Positions 1 through 16,765 of a DNA stretch of 64,000 nucleotides are shown one piece after another. The stretch is from Escherichia coli (GTDB lineage: Bacteria; Pseudomonadota; Gammaproteobacteria; Enterobacterales; Enterobacteriaceae), in assembly GCF_003790525.1 (NCBI RefSeq), contig NZ_CP033635.1. One strand, given 5' to 3'. The notes beneath the pieces are model-generated. The model was given only the letters and a program-made list of their open reading frames with translations. It made no database searches and was not told the origin of the DNA. The position numbers and the translations under genes are program-made. Numbering within the stretch: position 1 is the stretch's first letter; each line of letters begins with the position of its first letter.

Positions 1-812
1 TGGATGTTAACACGCTGGGAATGCAGCCGTTACAACTGGCGGACTTTGCTCATGCATTGCAACAACCACAGGGATTGGTGCTGGTAACTGGCCCTACAGG
101 CAGCGGCAAAACGGTCACGCTTTATAGTGCCCTGCAAACGCTGAATACCGCTGACATTAATATTTGTAGCGTCGAAGATCCGGTTGAGATCCCCATAGCC
201 GGACTAAACCAGACGCAAATCCATTCGCGTGCCGGACTCACCTTTCAGGGCGTTTTGCGTGCGTTATTGCGCCAGGATCCTGACGTCATCATGATCGGAG
301 AGATCCGCGATGGCGAAACGGCAGAAATTGCCATTAAAGCCGCGCAAACCGGTCACCTGGTGTTGTCTACCCTACACACTAATTCCACCTGCGAAACGCT
401 GGTACGTTTACAGCAAATGGGAGTCGCCCGCTGGATGCTATCATCGGCGCTTACGCTGGTAATAGCCCAGCGTCTGGTACGCAAACTTTGCCCGCATTGT
501 CGCCGGCAGCAAGGGGAGCCCATCCATATTCCAGACAATGTATGGCCGTCGCCGCTGCCCCACTGGCAGGCACCCGGTTGTGTACATTGCTACCACGGTT
601 TTTATGGTCGTACGGCCTTATTTGAAGTTCTACCCATAACACCGATCATACGCCAGCTTATTTCCGCTAATACCGACGTTGAATCGCTGGAAACACACGC
701 CCGACAGGCGGGTATGCGTACGCTTTTTGAAAACGGCTGCCTGGCCGTGGAGCAAGGCTTAACCACCTTTGAAGAGTTAATCCGCGTATTGGGGATGCCG
801 CATGGCGAGTAA
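1..812 (+). CDS. hofB: GspE/PilB-family type IV pilus assembly ATPase HofB, 5' end truncated by window edge
   Basis: ORF 21..812 is open in frame back to the window start; Walker A GPTGSGKT and C-terminal Cys-rich zinc motif (CPHC...CVHC); followed by hofC as in the ppdD-hofB-hofC operon. Confidence 0.85.
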   Translation, partial: DVNTLGMQPLQLADFAHALQQPQGLVLVTGPTGSGKTVTLYSALQTLNTADINICSVEDPVEIPIAGLNQTQIHSRAGLTFQGVLRALLRQDPDVIMIGEIRDGETAEIAIKAAQTGHLVLSTLHTNSTCETLVRLQQMGVARWMLSSALTLVIAQRLVRKLCPHCRRQQGEPIHIPDNVWPSPLPHWQAPGCVHCYHGFYGRTALFEVLPITPIIRQLISANTDVESLETHARQAGMRTLFENGCLAVEQGLTTFEELIRVLGMPHGE

Positions 813-2004
813 GCAACTCTGGCGCTGGCATGGCATAACCGGCGACGGCAATGCGCAAGATGGGATGCTATGGGCTGAGAGCCGTGCTTTGCTGCTCATA
901 GCACTACAGCAACAGATGGTTACCCCACTTAGCCTGAAGCGAATCGCCATCAATTCTGCGCAGTGGCGAGGAGATAAAAGCGCGGAAGTCATTCATCAAC
1001 TGGCGACGCTACTCAAAGCCGGGTTAACGCTTTCTGAAGGGCTGGCACTGCTCGCGGAACAGCATCCCAGTAAGCAATGGCAAGCGTTGCTGCAATCGCT
1101 GGCGTACGATCTCGAACAGGGCATTGCTTTTTCCAATGCCTTATTACCCTGGTCAGAGGTATTTCCGCCGCTCTATCAGGCGATGATCCGCACGGGTGAA
1201 CTGACCGGTAAGCTGGATGAATGCTGCTTTGAACTGGCGCGTCAGCAAAAAGCCCAGCGTCAGTTGACCGACAAAGTGAAATCAGCGTTACGTTATCCCA
1301 TTATCATTTTAGCGATGGCAATCATGGTGGTTGTGGCAATGCTGCATTTTGTTCTACCGGAGTTTGCCGCTATCTATAAGATCTTTAACACTCCGCTACC
1401 GGCGCTAACGCAGGGGATCATGACGCTGGCAAGTTTTAGTGGCGAATGGGGTTGGTTGCTGGTGCTATTCGGCTTTCTGCTGGCGATAGCCAATAAGCTG
1501 CTGATGCGCCACCCAACCAGGCTTATCGCACGGCAGAAATTGCTGTTACGCATCCCGATTATGGGTTCACTGATGCGGGGACAAAAACTCACGCAGATCT
1601 TTACGATTCTGACGCTGACACAAAGTGCAGGCATTTCTTTTTTACAGGGCGTTGAGAGCGTCAGAGAAACAATGCGCTGCCCGTACTGGGTGCAACTTCT
1701 GACACAAATCCAGCACGATATCAGTAACGGTCACCCCATCTGGCTGGCGCTAAAAAATGCCGGTGAGTTTAGCCCGCTCTGTTTGCAATTAGTGAGAACA
1801 GGAGAGGCATCCGGCTCGCTGGATCTCATGTTAGACAACCTCGCCCATCATCATCGGGATAACACAATGGCGCTGGCGGATAACCTCGCAGCCTTACTGG
1901 AACCGGCGTTGCTGATCATAACGGGAGGAATTATCGGTACGCTGGTGGTGGCAATGTATCTGCCAATTTTCCATTTAGGCGATGCGATGAGTGGAATGGG
2001 ATAA
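802..2004 (+). CDS. hofC: GspF/PilC-family inner-membrane platform protein HofC
   Basis: 400-aa ORF overlapping the hofB stop; sequence matches E. coli HofC. Confidence 0.85.
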   Translation: MASKQLWRWHGITGDGNAQDGMLWAESRALLLIALQQQMVTPLSLKRIAINSAQWRGDKSAEVIHQLATLLKAGLTLSEGLALLAEQHPSKQWQALLQSLAYDLEQGIAFSNALLPWSEVFPPLYQAMIRTGELTGKLDECCFELARQQKAQRQLTDKVKSALRYPIIILAMAIMVVVAMLHFVLPEFAAIYKIFNTPLPALTQGIMTLASFSGEWGWLLVLFGFLLAIANKLLMRHPTRLIARQKLLLRIPIMGSLMRGQKLTQIFTILTLTQSAGISFLQGVESVRETMRCPYWVQLLTQIQHDISNGHPIWLALKNAGEFSPLCLQLVRTGEASGSLDLMLDNLAHHHRDNTMALADNLAALLEPALLIITGGIIGTLVVAMYLPIFHLGDAMSGMG

Positions 2005-2032
2005 CGCTGGCGTGTTGCTCCACGCCAGCGTT
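2005..2032. terminator. inverted-repeat hairpin between convergent hofC and guaC (putative bidirectional terminator)
   Basis: acgctggcgtg-ttgctc-cacgccagcgt perfect inverted repeat directly after the hofC stop. Confidence 0.5.
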
Positions 2033-2038
2033 GGTATA

Positions 2039-3082
2039 TTACAGGTTGTTGAAGATGCGGTTTTCTTGTTCCTGCACACGGATAAATGTGGTGCGCTTGG
2101 TCAGCTCTTTCAGGCGTGAAGCCCCAACGTATGTACAAGCTGAACGCAGGCCGCCCAAAATATCACGCGCGGTATTTTCAACCGGGCCTCGCAGCGGCAG
2201 CTTAACGGTTTTACCTTCTGCTGCGCGATATTCCGCAACGCAGCCAACGTGACGTTTCATCGCAGACTCTGAGCTCATGCCGTAGAACAGCATAAATTTC
2301 TCGCCGTTCTCCTCAACGATGCGACCGCCGCTCTCTTCGTGGCCCGCCAGCATGCCGCCAAGCATGACGAAATCGGCACCGCCGCCAAAGGCTTTCGCGA
2401 CATCGCCCGGCGTGGTGCAGCCACCGTCGCTGACGATCATTCCGCCCAGACCGTGCGCAGCATCGGCACATTCGATTACCGCAGAAAGTTGCGGATAACC
2501 GACGCCTGTTTTGACGCGAGTTGTACAAACAGAACCTGGGCCAATGCCAACTTTAACGATATCGGCACCGGAGAGGATAAGCTCCTCACACATTTCACCA
2601 GTCACTACGTTGCCAGCACAAATGGTTTTGGTCGGCCACGCTTCACGCGCTTTCGCAACGAACTGCACGAAGTGTTCGGAATAACCATTCGCCACGTCAA
2701 TACAAACGAAGTTTAATGCCGGGTTCAGGTCGAGAATCTGTTTAGTTTTTTCGAAATCCGCATCAGACGTGCCGGTAGAAACCATCACATGTTTCAGCAC
2801 ATCAGCGGAAGAATTGTTGATAAACGCTTGCCACTCTTCGACAGAATAGTGTTTATGCACAGCAGTCAAAATATCAAAAGAAGCCAGCGCAGAGGCCATA
2901 GAAAATGTGCCTACGGTGTCCATATTTGCGGCGATAATCGGCACGCCGGACCAGCTCTGACCTGAATGTTTGAAGGTGAATTGACGTTCCAGTTCAACAT
3001 CGGAACGGCTTTTAAGAGTGGAGCGTTTAGGGCGGATGAGAACGTCTTTAAAACCTAACTTCAGATCTTCTTCAATACGCAT
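2039..3082 (-). CDS. guaC: GMP reductase
   Basis: 347-aa ORF; IMPDH/GMPR-family sequence matching E. coli GuaC. Confidence 0.95.
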   Translation of the reverse strand: MRIEEDLKLGFKDVLIRPKRSTLKSRSDVELERQFTFKHSGQSWSGVPIIAANMDTVGTFSMASALASFDILTAVHKHYSVEEWQAFINNSSADVLKHVMVSTGTSDADFEKTKQILDLNPALNFVCIDVANGYSEHFVQFVAKAREAWPTKTICAGNVVTGEMCEELILSGADIVKVGIGPGSVCTTRVKTGVGYPQLSAVIECADAAHGLGGMIVSDGGCTTPGDVAKAFGGGADFVMLGGMLAGHEESGGRIVEENGEKFMLFYGMSSESAMKRHVGCVAEYRAAEGKTVKLPLRGPVENTARDILGGLRSACTYVGASRLKELTKRTTFIRVQEQENRIFNNL

Positions 3083-3306
3083 GTGCGGATTCCTGGGGTT
3101 AATGGCTATAAGGGTAAGAGCGCAACTCCAGTGACGCTATCATACGCACTAATCAATGCGGCGCAAGACTGCGAAATTGTCTTTTTTTACGCTACAATCC
3201 CATAAATTTACCTGGTAAATAGTGAGCGAACGTTTCATCAATTTCGCTTTCGTGCGCTCATTTTTAACGTTTTGATAATCATGATGAATTCCCGGGAATA
3301 TAAATT

Positions 3307-3927
3307 ATGAGGTATATAGTTGCCTTAACGGGAGGCATTGGCAGTGGCAAGAGTACCGTTGCCAATGCGTTTGCTGATCTCGGAATTAACGTCATTGATG
3401 CCGATATTATTGCGCGTCAGGTGGTTGAACCAGGTGCACCTGCGCTACATGCCATTGCTGATCACTTTGGCGCTAACATGATTGCTGCTGATGGAACATT
3501 GCAGCGCCGGGCCTTGCGCGAGCGGATCTTCGCCAACCCGGAAGAGAAAAACTGGCTTAACGCCCTGCTGCATCCGCTGATTCAGCAAGAGACGCAACAC
3601 CAGATCCAGCAAGCAACTTCCCCCTATGTACTGTGGGTTGTGCCATTGCTGGTAGAAAACTCACTGTATAAAAAAGCGAATCGAGTGCTGGTGGTGGATG
3701 TCAGCCCAGAAACGCAACTTAAGCGCACCATGCAGCGCGACGATGTAACTCGCGAGCATGTCGAACAAATCCTTGCTGCTCAGGCAACGCGCGAAGCTCG
3801 CCTTGCCGTGGCAGATGACGTCATTGATAATAACGGCGCACCGGATGCAATCGCATCGGATGTTGCCCGCCTGCACGCACACTATTTGCAGCTTGCGTCG
3901 CAGTTTGTCTCACAGGAAAAACCGTAA
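3307..3927 (+). CDS. coaE: dephospho-CoA kinase
   Basis: 206-aa ORF with P-loop GGIGSGKST; matches E. coli CoaE. Confidence 0.95.
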
Positions 3928-4670
3928 TGCAGACCCAGGTCCTTTTTGAACATCCACTAAATGAAAAAATGCGTACATGGCTGCGCATTGAGTTTTTGAT
4001 TCAGCAACTCACCGTTAATCTACCCATCGTTGACCACGCTGGCGCGCTGCATTTCTTCCGTAATGTCAGTGAATTACTGGATGTTTTCGAGCGCGGCGAA
4101 GTCCGCACTGAGCTGTTGAAAGAACTTGACCGGCAGCAACGTAAACTCCAGACCTGGATTGGCGTGCCTGGCGTGGACCAGAGCCGTATTGAAGCATTAA
4201 TTCAGCAGTTAAAAGCGGCGGGGAGCGTATTAATTTCCGCGCCGCGTATCGGGCAATTTCTGCGTGAAGATCGTTTGATTGCTCTGGTGCGTCAGCGACT
4301 GAGCATCCCAGGCGGCTGTTGTAGCTTTGATTTACCTACATTGCACATTTGGCTGCATCTACCCCAGGCGCAGCGCGACAGCCAGGTAGAAACCTGGATT
4401 GCCAGCCTGAACCCGCTCACCCAGGCACTTACCATGGTGCTGGATTTAATTCGCCAGTCGGCCCCCTTCCGTAAACAAACCAGCCTGAATGGTTTTTATC
4501 AGGATAACGGTGGCGATGCCGACTTGCTGCGCCTGAATCTGTCACTCGATTCACAGCTTTATCCGCAAATTTCCGGTCATAAGAGCCGTTTTGCCATTCG
4601 TTTTATGCCGCTGGACAGTGAAAACGGACAGGTACCAGAACGTCTGGATTTCGAACTGGCCTGTTGCTAA
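3927..4670 (+). CDS. zapD: cell division factor ZapD (YacF)
   Basis: 247-aa ORF; start overlaps the coaE stop (taATG); matches E. coli ZapD. Confidence 0.9.
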
Positions 4671-4679
4671 GGAGTAAAA

Positions 4680-4877
4680 ATGTCAGAAACTATTACGGTG
4701 AATTGCCCAACCTGCGGGAAAACGGTGGTGTGGGGTGAAATCAGCCCGTTTCGGCCATTTTGTTCCAAACGTTGCCAGCTGATCGACCTCGGAGAATGGG
4801 CTGCTGAAGAAAAACGAATCCCCAGCAGTGGCGATCTTTCCGAAAGCGATGACTGGAGCGAAGAGCCAAAGCAGTGA
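4680..4877 (+). CDS. yacG: DNA gyrase inhibitor YacG (zinc finger)
   Basis: 65-aa ORF with CPTC...C..C zinc ribbon; matches E. coli YacG. Confidence 0.9.
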
Positions 4878-4884
4878 CATTTTG

Positions 4885-4965
4885 TCTGATGCGACGCTGG
4901 CCTGATAAGACGCGGGCAGCGTCGCATCAGGCATCGTGTGCAAATGTCGGATGCGGCATAAACAC
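4885..4965. repeat. REP/BIME-type palindromic repeat
   Basis: gatgcgacgctggc...gccagcgtcgcatc and cggatgcggc motifs typical of E. coli REP units, between yacG and mutT. Confidence 0.6.
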
Positions 4966-5364
4966 CTATCCGACGTACACGCGCTTAAGCTTCGCAATTA
5001 CCGGTTCATTGGCTGGCGGAAACTCATCGGCATTAAGACCGACCAGCGACATCCACTTACCGGGTTGCCCTTCTTTACCCCACGGCTCCCCTTCCCAGCT
5101 TTCGACCAGCCAGAACCACAGAGTTATATGCCTGTCCGGGAATTCATATTCCAGTTTTTCAAATAGCGAAAAATGTTGTGGGGTAATCCCGACCTCTTCC
5201 TGAAGTTCACGCACCACCGCCTGTTCCGGCGTTTCGCTCATTTCAATTTTACCGCCGGGAAACTCCAGTTTATTCGCCATGTGCGCATCTGCTGCGCGAC
5301 GGGTTATAAAGATTTCATTGTTCTCGTTGCGAATAATACCTACCGCAATTTGCAGCTTTTTCAT
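4966..5364 (-). CDS. mutT: 8-oxo-dGTP diphosphatase (Nudix)
   Basis: 132-aa ORF with Nudix box GGKIEMSETPEQAVVRELQEEVG; C-terminus ends KRVYVG, which differs slightly from K-12 as I recall it. Confidence 0.9.
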   Translation of the reverse strand: MKKLQIAVGIIRNENNEIFITRRAADAHMANKLEFPGGKIEMSETPEQAVVRELQEEVGITPQHFSLFEKLEYEFPDRHITLWFWLVESWEGEPWGKEGQPGKWMSLVGLNADEFPPANEPVIAKLKRVYVG

Positions 5365-5373
5365 TGTCTTAAA

Positions 5374-5404
5374 CCTATAAAAAAGGCGCAGAATCCTGCG
5401 CCTT
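5374..5404 (-). terminator. hairpin plus T-run between secA and mutT (putative partial terminator)
   Basis: On the minus strand aaaggcgcag-gatt-ctgcgccttt is followed by a T-run. Confidence 0.5.
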
Positions 5405-5423
5405 TTACTTCAACTGTTAGCTT

Positions 5424-8129
5424 TTATTGCAGGCGACCATGGCACTGCTTGTATTTTTTACCAGAACCGCACGGGCAAGGATCGTTACGTCCTACTTTGC
5501 GCTCACCGGTTTGCGCCGCCAGTGCAGCTGCAGCTGCAGAGTCGTCATCCTGATGGCTAAGCTGCTGCATTTGCGCTAAACGCTCGGCTTCCATACGACG
5601 CTGTTGTTCCAGCTCCTCAACCTCTTCAGGCATACGTACCTGAACTTTGCTCAGCGTGCTGATAACTTCATATTTCAACGACTCCAGCATCGCTGCAAAC
5701 ATGGAGAACGATTCACGTTTGTATTCCTGCTTCGGATCTTTCTGTGCATAGCCACGCAGGTGGATACCCTGACGCAGATAGTCCATCGCCGCCAGGTGCT
5801 CTTTCCACAGAGAGTCGAGAGTTTGCAGCATGACGCCTTTTTCGAAGTGACGCATCATCTCAGCACCAACCACTTCTTCTTTACGCTGATACACTTCGAT
5901 GGACTGCGCCAGAATGCGCTCACGCAGCGTCTCTTCATGCAGTTCTGGTTCTTTATCCAGCCACTCGGCAATTGGCAAATCGAGGTCGAAATCGTTCTTC
6001 AGACGTTCCTGCAGTCCCGGAATATCCCACATTTCTTCCAGCGACTGTGGCGGAATGTAGGCATCAATGGTCGCTTTGAACACATCTTCACGAATGCTGT
6101 TGATGGTTTCGCTCACATCGCTGACATCCAGCAGTTCGTTACGCTGGGAGTAAATGGCGCGACGCTGATCGTTAGCCACGTCATCATATTCCAGCAGTTG
6201 CTTACGAATGTCGAAGTTACGACTTTCAACTTTACGCTGGGCGTTGGCAATCGCTTTAGTCACCCACGGGTGTTCAATGGCTTCGCCTGGCTTCATACCC
6301 AGTTTACGCATCATGCCGGATACTCGGTCGGAAGCAAAAATACGCATCAGCGCATCTTCCATCGACAGGTAGAAACGGGAAGAACCAGCATCCCCCTGAC
6401 GACCAGAACGACCGCGCAACTGGTTATCGATACGACGGGATTCGTGACGTTCAGTACCGATGATATGCAGGCCACCTGCTTCCAGTACCGCATCGTGACG
6501 AACCTGCCAGTCGGCCTTAATTTTTTCAATTTGCTCTGCGGTCGGATTTTCCAGCGCGGCAACTTCTGCCTGCCAGCTACCACCGAGCACAATATCTGTA
6601 CCACGACCCGCCATGTTGGTCGCGATAGTCACCGCAGCCGGATAACCTGCCTGAGCAACAATCGCCGCTTCGTTGGCATGGAATTTGGCGTTCAGGACGT
6701 TGTGCTTAATACCGGCTTTGGTCAGTTCGTTTGACACCAGCTCAGATTTTTCGATGGAGATAGTACCCACCAGCACCGGCTGGCCTTTCGCAGTACGTTC
6801 TTTGATATCTTCAATGATCGCCTGAATTTTTTCCGCTTCAGTCATGTAGACCAGGTCCGGCAGATCTTTACGAATCATTGGACGGTTGGTCGGAACAACG
6901 ACGGTATCCAGCTTATAGATGGAGCTGAATTCGAAAGCTTCGGTATCAGCAGTACCGGTCATCCCCGCCAGTTTTTCATACAGACGGAAGTAGTTCTGGA
7001 AGGTGATCGACGCCAGCGTCTGGTTTTCGTTCTGGATCTGTACACCTTCTTTCGCTTCCACTGCCTGATGCAGGCCATCGGACCAACGACGTCCCTGCAT
7101 GGTACGACCGGTGTGTTCGTCAACGATGATAACTTCACCATCTTTAACGATGTAGTCGACGTCTCGGGTAAACAGCGCATGAGCGCGCAGCGCCGCCGTT
7201 ACGTGGTGCATCAGCATGATGTTTGCCGGAGAGTACAGAGACTCCCCTTCATCCATGATGCCTTCTTTCACCAGCAGTTCTTCAATCAGCACCAGACCAC
7301 GTTCGGTCAGGTTCACCTGGCGAGATTTTTCGTCCACCGAGAAGTGGCCTTCGCCCTGGAAGGTTTCGGAGTCTTCTTTTTCCTGACGGATCAGGTGTGG
7401 AATAATTTTATTCACGCGTTTATACATTTCCGAGCTGTCTTCTGCCGGGCCGGAAATGATCAGCGGTGTACGCGCTTCATCGATCAGGATGGAGTCCACT
7501 TCGTCCACCAGCGCATAGTGCAGTTTACGCTGTACACGTTCTTCAGGACTGAACGCCATGTTGTCGCGCAGGTAGTCAAAGCCGTATTCGTTGTTCGTAC
7601 CGTAAGTGATGTCAGCTGCGTAAGCTTCACGCTTTGCCGGTGCTGGCATGCCCGGCAGGTTGATACCAACAGTCAGGCCAAGGAATTCAAACAGCGGACG
7701 GTTGTTTTCGGCGTCACGTTGCGCCAGGTAGTCGTTGACGGTAACTACATGCACGCCTTTACCGGTTAGTGCGTTCAGGTAAGCAGGCAGCGTTGCGGTC
7801 AGGGTTTTACCTTCACCGGTACGCATTTCGGCGATGCAGCGTTCGTTAAGAACCATACCGCCGAGTAACTGAACGTCGAAGTGACGCATACCAAAAACAC
7901 GCTTACTGGCTTCACGCACCACAGCGAAGGCTTCCGGGATCAAGTTTTCCAGCACTTCGCCTTTTTCCAGACGCGCGCGGAACTCTGCGGTTTTCCCTTT
8001 CAGTTCTTCATCGGAGAGTTTTTCCATCTCCGGTTCCATGGCATTGATGATGTTGACCACTTTGCGCATCCGGCGCAGGGTGCGATCGTTACGACTACCG
8101 AAAACTTTAGTTAATAATTTGATTAGCAT
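5424..8129 (-). CDS. secA: preprotein translocase ATPase SecA
   Basis: 901-aa ORF matching E. coli SecA incl. the C-terminal zinc-binding [14 protein letters not shown]. Confidence 0.97.
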
Positions 8130-8190
8130 AATAAAATCTCAAACGCCCCGCGTTGCGGAGTCAATAAAATGAAGTAAAGGTTTATTGTTG

Positions 8191-8871
<681 letters not shown>

Positions 8872-8933
8872 TCACCTGGCCGGAGAGAGTGCCAGATTTG
8901 CCAGTCGAATTTTATACGACAGTATAAATGTCG

Positions 8934-9872
<939 letters not shown>

Positions 9873-9951
9873 CTATCCAACCGAAGTGTACTATACATTC
9901 GGCGGGCCAGTTTAGCACAAAGAGCCTCGAAACCCAAATTCCAGTCAATTC

Positions 9952-11103
9952 TTAATCAGCTTGCTTACGCAGGAATGCTGGGATATCCAGATAATCTGGC
10001 TCTTTCGCAGTTTGCGGCGCATTGTCATTCACGACTTTAGCAACCGGCTTCTGCTCCTGGGTCAGCGGAGCCATCCCGTGCTGCTGGTAGCGATCCATCA
10101 CTGGCTGCTGAACCTGCTTATTGGTCACCAGAGTGATTTCAGGACGTTTGTCCATGCCGATACCTGTCGCAACAACAGTTACGCGCAGCTCGTCATTCAT
10201 ATCCGGGTCAAGAGAAGTACCGATAACCACAGTCGCGTTGTCGGAAGCAAATGCACGGATGGTGTTACCTACCGTTTCGAACTCATCCAGACGCAGGTCG
10301 AAGCCCGCTGTGATGTTAACCAGCACGCCGCGCGCGCCAGACAGGTCGATATCTTCCAGCAGCGGAGAAGAGATAGCCATTTCAGCAGCTTCTTCCGCAC
10401 GGTCTTCACCGCTCGCCACGCCAGAACCCATCATTGCGTAGCCCATTTCAGACATTACGGTGCGAACGTCTGCAAAGTCCACGTTCATCAAACCCGGACG
10501 CGTAATCAGTTCGGCGATACCTTGTACAGCACCTTTCAGTACATCGTTCGCTGCGCCAAACGCATCCAGCAGGGAGATACCGCGGCCCAGAACTTTCAGC
10601 AGTTTGTCGTTCGGGATAGTGATCAAAGAGTCCACATGCTTGGACAGTTCAGTGATCCCCTGCTCCGCGAATGCCATACGCTTCTTGCCTTCAAAGTTGA
10701 AGGGCTTAGTGACGACAGCAACGGTCAGGATACCCAAATCTTTTGCCACTTCAGCGACGACTGGTGCTGCACCTGTACCGGTACCACCACCCATACCCGC
10801 AGCAATAAAGACCATGTCTGCACCTTCCAGCGCCGCACGCAGTGCATCGCGATCCTCATCAGCCGCATTGCGGCCAACTTCTGGATTAGCGCCAGCTCCC
10901 AGTCCTTTGGTGATACCGCTACCGATTTGAATCGTCTGTCCAACCGCTGTTTTACGCAGCGCTTGTGCATCGGTATTTACCGCGAAGAATTCAACACCTT
11001 CAATGCGCTCGCGCACCATGTGTTCAACAGCATTACCGCCGCCGCCGCCGACGCCGATGACTTTAATCACCGCGTCATTGGTAAGTTCCATTGGTTCAAA
11101 CAT
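9952..11103 (-). CDS. ftsZ: cell division GTPase FtsZ
   Basis: 383-aa ORF with tubulin signature GGGTGTG. Confidence 0.97.
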
Positions 11104-11164
11104 AGTTTCTCTCCGATTTGTGCCTGTCGCCTGAGGCCGTAATCATCGTCGGCCTCATAAAAAA

Positions 11165-12427
11165 TTAAAACTCTTTTCGCAGCCAACTATTGAGTCGCTT
11201 GATCCACGAGCCAACTGATGCTGTAACACGTTTTTCTACTTCAGCTTCACCGTTAAGATGTGACTCTTTCCCATAGTGAAGCAATCCCACCGCCGTCGAA
11301 TAATACGGCTCCTGAGCATAATCCGTTAAACCGGTAATGTTCAGCGGCGCGCCGATACGCACTTGCGTATGAAACACGCGCTGAGCACAGGCTGCAAGAC
11401 CTTCGATCTGCGCTGCGCCACCGGTTAATACAATGCCTGCCGCCAGGTGATGTTTAACCCCTTGTTGGCGAAGCTTTTCCTGCAACTGCAATATCTCTTC
11501 GTTGACCAGATTGAGCAGCTCGGTATAGCGCGGCTCGATCACCTCTGCCAGGGTCTGACGTTGCAGACTCCGCGGCGGACGGCCGCCTACGCTCGGCACT
11601 TCCACGCTCTCATCTTTTCCAACGATGGAGCCCAGCGCACAACCGTGGCGAACTTTAATCGCTTCGGCGTCACTTGGCGGTGTGCCAAAGGCGTAAGCGA
11701 TATCACTGGTCACGACATTGCCAGCATAAGGAATTACCTTCGTGTGGCGCAATGCCCCACCGGTATAAACGGCGATATCCATTGTACCACCACCGATATC
11801 GACAACGCAGACACCCAGTTCACGTTCATCTTCCGTCAATACCGAATAACTTGATGCCAGTCCGGCAAATATCAGTTGGTCAACTTTCAGCCCACAACGT
11901 TCAACCGCTTTGACGATGTTTTTCGCCATATCGTTGTGACATGTGATCAGGTGCACTTTTGCCTGCATCCGCACGCCCGAAAGTCCTACCGGATTCTTGA
12001 TCCCTTCCTGATAGTCAATCGCATACTCTTGCGGGATCACATGCAGCACACGATGCTCATCGCGCACACGCACCGATTTCGCGGTATGGACGACGTTTTC
12101 CACATCTTCTTGCGTCACTTCTTCTTCAGAAATAGGCACCATACCAATTTCATTCTGGCAGCTGATGTGCTTACCAGAAAGCGCCAGATATACCGAAGAG
12201 ATCTGACAATCTGCCATCAATTCTGCCTGGTCAATGGCGCGTTGTACGCACTTGACCACGGATTCGAGGTCGTTCACCCCGCCTTTATCCATACCACGCG
12301 ACGGGCAGCTGCCCACGCCAATGATATTGACCATACCGTCGGGCAGAACTTCCCCTACTAAAGCGGCAACCTTCGCGGTACCAATCTCCAGTCCTACTAC
12401 CAGTTTTCTGTCCGTCGCCTTGATCAT
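11165..12427 (-). CDS. ftsA: cell division protein FtsA
   Basis: 420-aa ORF, actin-like ATPase, matches E. coli FtsA. Confidence 0.97.
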   Translation of the reverse strand: MIKATDRKLVVGLEIGTAKVAALVGEVLPDGMVNIIGVGSCPSRGMDKGGVNDLESVVKCVQRAIDQAELMADCQISSVYLALSGKHISCQNEIGMVPISEEEVTQEDVENVVHTAKSVRVRDEHRVLHVIPQEYAIDYQEGIKNPVGLSGVRMQAKVHLITCHNDMAKNIVKAVERCGLKVDQLIFAGLASSYSVLTEDERELGVCVVDIGGGTMDIAVYTGGALRHTKVIPYAGNVVTSDIAYAFGTPPSDAEAIKVRHGCALGSIVGKDESVEVPSVGGRPPRSLQRQTLAEVIEPRYTELLNLVNEEILQLQEKLRQQGVKHHLAAGIVLTGGAAQIEGLAACAQRVFHTQVRIGAPLNITGLTDYAQEPYYSTAVGLLHYGKESHLNGEAEVEKRVTASVGSWIKRLNSWLRKEF

Positions 12428-13254
12428 TGTTGTTCTGCCTGTGCCTGATTTTGTTGCTGAGTAGATTCCTCTGGCGGCAAGGGCGCCCAGCCTACTGCCG
12501 CTCCAGAGTCATAACGCAAATCAACGTAGCTAATCCGTTTGCCATCGGTTTGCGCCTGCTGCTGTAAAACCGGATAAAGTTCTACAAAGCGAGCCAAACG
12601 TTTCATCGTATCGCCCCGGCCAAGATTGAGCTTAATATCGTTATTCAGCGTCAACTGCCAGGAACGCCGCGCGGTCATCGCCGCTTCCTTCAGAGTAAAT
12701 CTGTCCTTTGCCAGCATCTGCCCCATTTCGCGATAGCCCTGCAACACTTCATTGGCGCTGCCTTCCGGGCCATACAGCATTGGAAGCACCTGCTTGCTGG
12801 TGCGATCTGGCGGCACGCTGAAAGTGTTTCCTTCCGCGTCTACCATATGTTGATCATTCCACCGCGCAATCGGCACATATTCAACCAGATGAATCTTCAA
12901 TTCATCAGGCCACTGCTTTCTGACGCTCACCTGCTTAATCCACGGCAGGCGTTGTTCTATTTGCGTCTGGATGATGTTGACATCCTGGGTCATAAAGGTA
13001 CCTGGCTCACCCAATGCCAGGATCGACTGCCGGATATCGTCATTACGCGTGTAATGGCGTTCACCGGTCAACACCAGCTTTGAGAGCGGCAGGCGTTGCG
13101 CATCTTCCATCCAGCCCAACACGACCCAGCCGCTCACCAACACTGTCGTTAAAACGGTCAGCAGGAAAAGGATCCCCGCCAGACGCGTTCCATTATTGCG
13201 GCGAGAAGAAACCTCTTCTTCGCTATTTCGCGTGTTCAGAGCAGCCTGCGACAT
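12424..13254 (-). CDS. ftsQ: cell division protein FtsQ
   Basis: 276-aa ORF with N-terminal TM and POTRA domain; overlaps the ftsA start. Confidence 0.95.
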   Translation of the reverse strand: MSQAALNTRNSEEEVSSRRNNGTRLAGILFLLTVLTTVLVSGWVVLGWMEDAQRLPLSKLVLTGERHYTRNDDIRQSILALGEPGTFMTQDVNIIQTQIEQRLPWIKQVSVRKQWPDELKIHLVEYVPIARWNDQHMVDAEGNTFSVPPDRTSKQVLPMLYGPEGSANEVLQGYREMGQMLAKDRFTLKEAAMTARRSWQLTLNNDIKLNLGRGDTMKRLARFVELYPVLQQQAQTDGKRISYVDLRYDSGAAVGWAPLPPEESTQQQNQAQAEQQ

Positions 13255-13255
13255 A

Positions 13256-15644
<2,389 letters not shown>

Positions 15645-15697
15645 TCTTTACGCCATTAACTTCTTAAATTCATACGATGCAAAAGGCATCGCTACAA

Positions 15698-16765
15698 TTA
15701 CGCCCGGGCAGCCCGGCTCACTTCATTTGCCACTCGCTCGGTGGCATCCGGAATGGATGCAGCCCGGGCGCGTTCTGCCATGGTTAATAAGGTTTCTCGC
15801 GACCACCCGGCCAGGGTGTTGGCGACAGCATCCACGCTAAGCTGTGGCTGCTCGATAATTTTGGCTGCGCCCGCTTTTTCCAGCGGTAGCGCATTCCAGT
15901 ATTGCTGACGGTCTTTATGTTGAAACGGCACAAACAACGCCGGAAGTCCTGCCGCGGCGATTTCACTCACCGTTAACGCACCGGAGCGGCAAACAACGAC
16001 ATCCGCCCACGCATACGCCGCCGCCATATCATCAATAAATTCCGTCACTTTATGCTGCGGTTGTCCCGCTTCGGCATACGCCTGTTCAACGGATTGTTGC
16101 GAACCTTTGCCGCTCTGATGCCAGATAGTGACTGAATCACCCAGTTTTGCAGCAACCTGCGGCATTGTCTGATTAAGAATGCGTGCGCCCTGGGAACCAC
16201 CCACTACCAACACACGAACCGGACCTTCACGTCCAGCCAAACGTTGCTGCGGCAACGGCAGCGCCAGCACATCGGTACGCACCGGGTTACCCACCACTTC
16301 CGCATTAGGGAAAGCGCCTGGAAACGCCTGCATCACTTTGGTAGCAATCTTCGCCAGCCATTTATTGGTTAAGCCCGCAATACCGTTTTGTTCATGAAGT
16401 ACAACCGGAATGCCTAACGACCACGCAGCCAGACCACCTGGACCTGATACATAGCCGCCCATACCGAGCACCACGTCAGGTTTGTACGCTTTCATAATCG
16501 CCCGCGCCTGACGCCAGGCGTTGAAGATACGCAGCGGCGCAGCTATCAGTGCTTTTATACCTTTTCCACGCAGACCAGAGATACGAATGAAATCAATTTC
16601 GATGCCATGTTTTGGCACTAAGTCCGCTTCCATACGGTCGGCAGTCCCCAGCCAGCGAACTTGCCAACCCTGAGCCATTAGATGGTGCGCAACCGCCAGT
16701 CCCGGGAATACATGTCCACCGGTTCCGCCTGCCATCACCATTAATCGCTTTCCTTGACCACTCAT
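15698..16765 (-). CDS. murG: lipid II synthase (UDP-GlcNAc transferase) MurG
   Basis: 355-aa ORF matching E. coli MurG. Confidence 0.96.

Noticed and set aside
4874-5203. 109-aa and 76-aa plus-strand ORFs over the REP element and mutT
   Set aside because: They run through a REP palindrome and antisense to mutT; no support.
5604-6734. 376-aa plus-strand ORF (and several other long ORFs such as 7068..7769) inside secA
   Set aside because: Antisense to the highly conserved secA coding sequence; long antisense ORFs are expected by chance in GC-balanced genes.
9961-11142. 393-aa plus-strand ORF antisense to ftsZ
   Set aside because: Fully overlaps ftsZ on the opposite strand, and the translation is low-complexity with no recognisable features.
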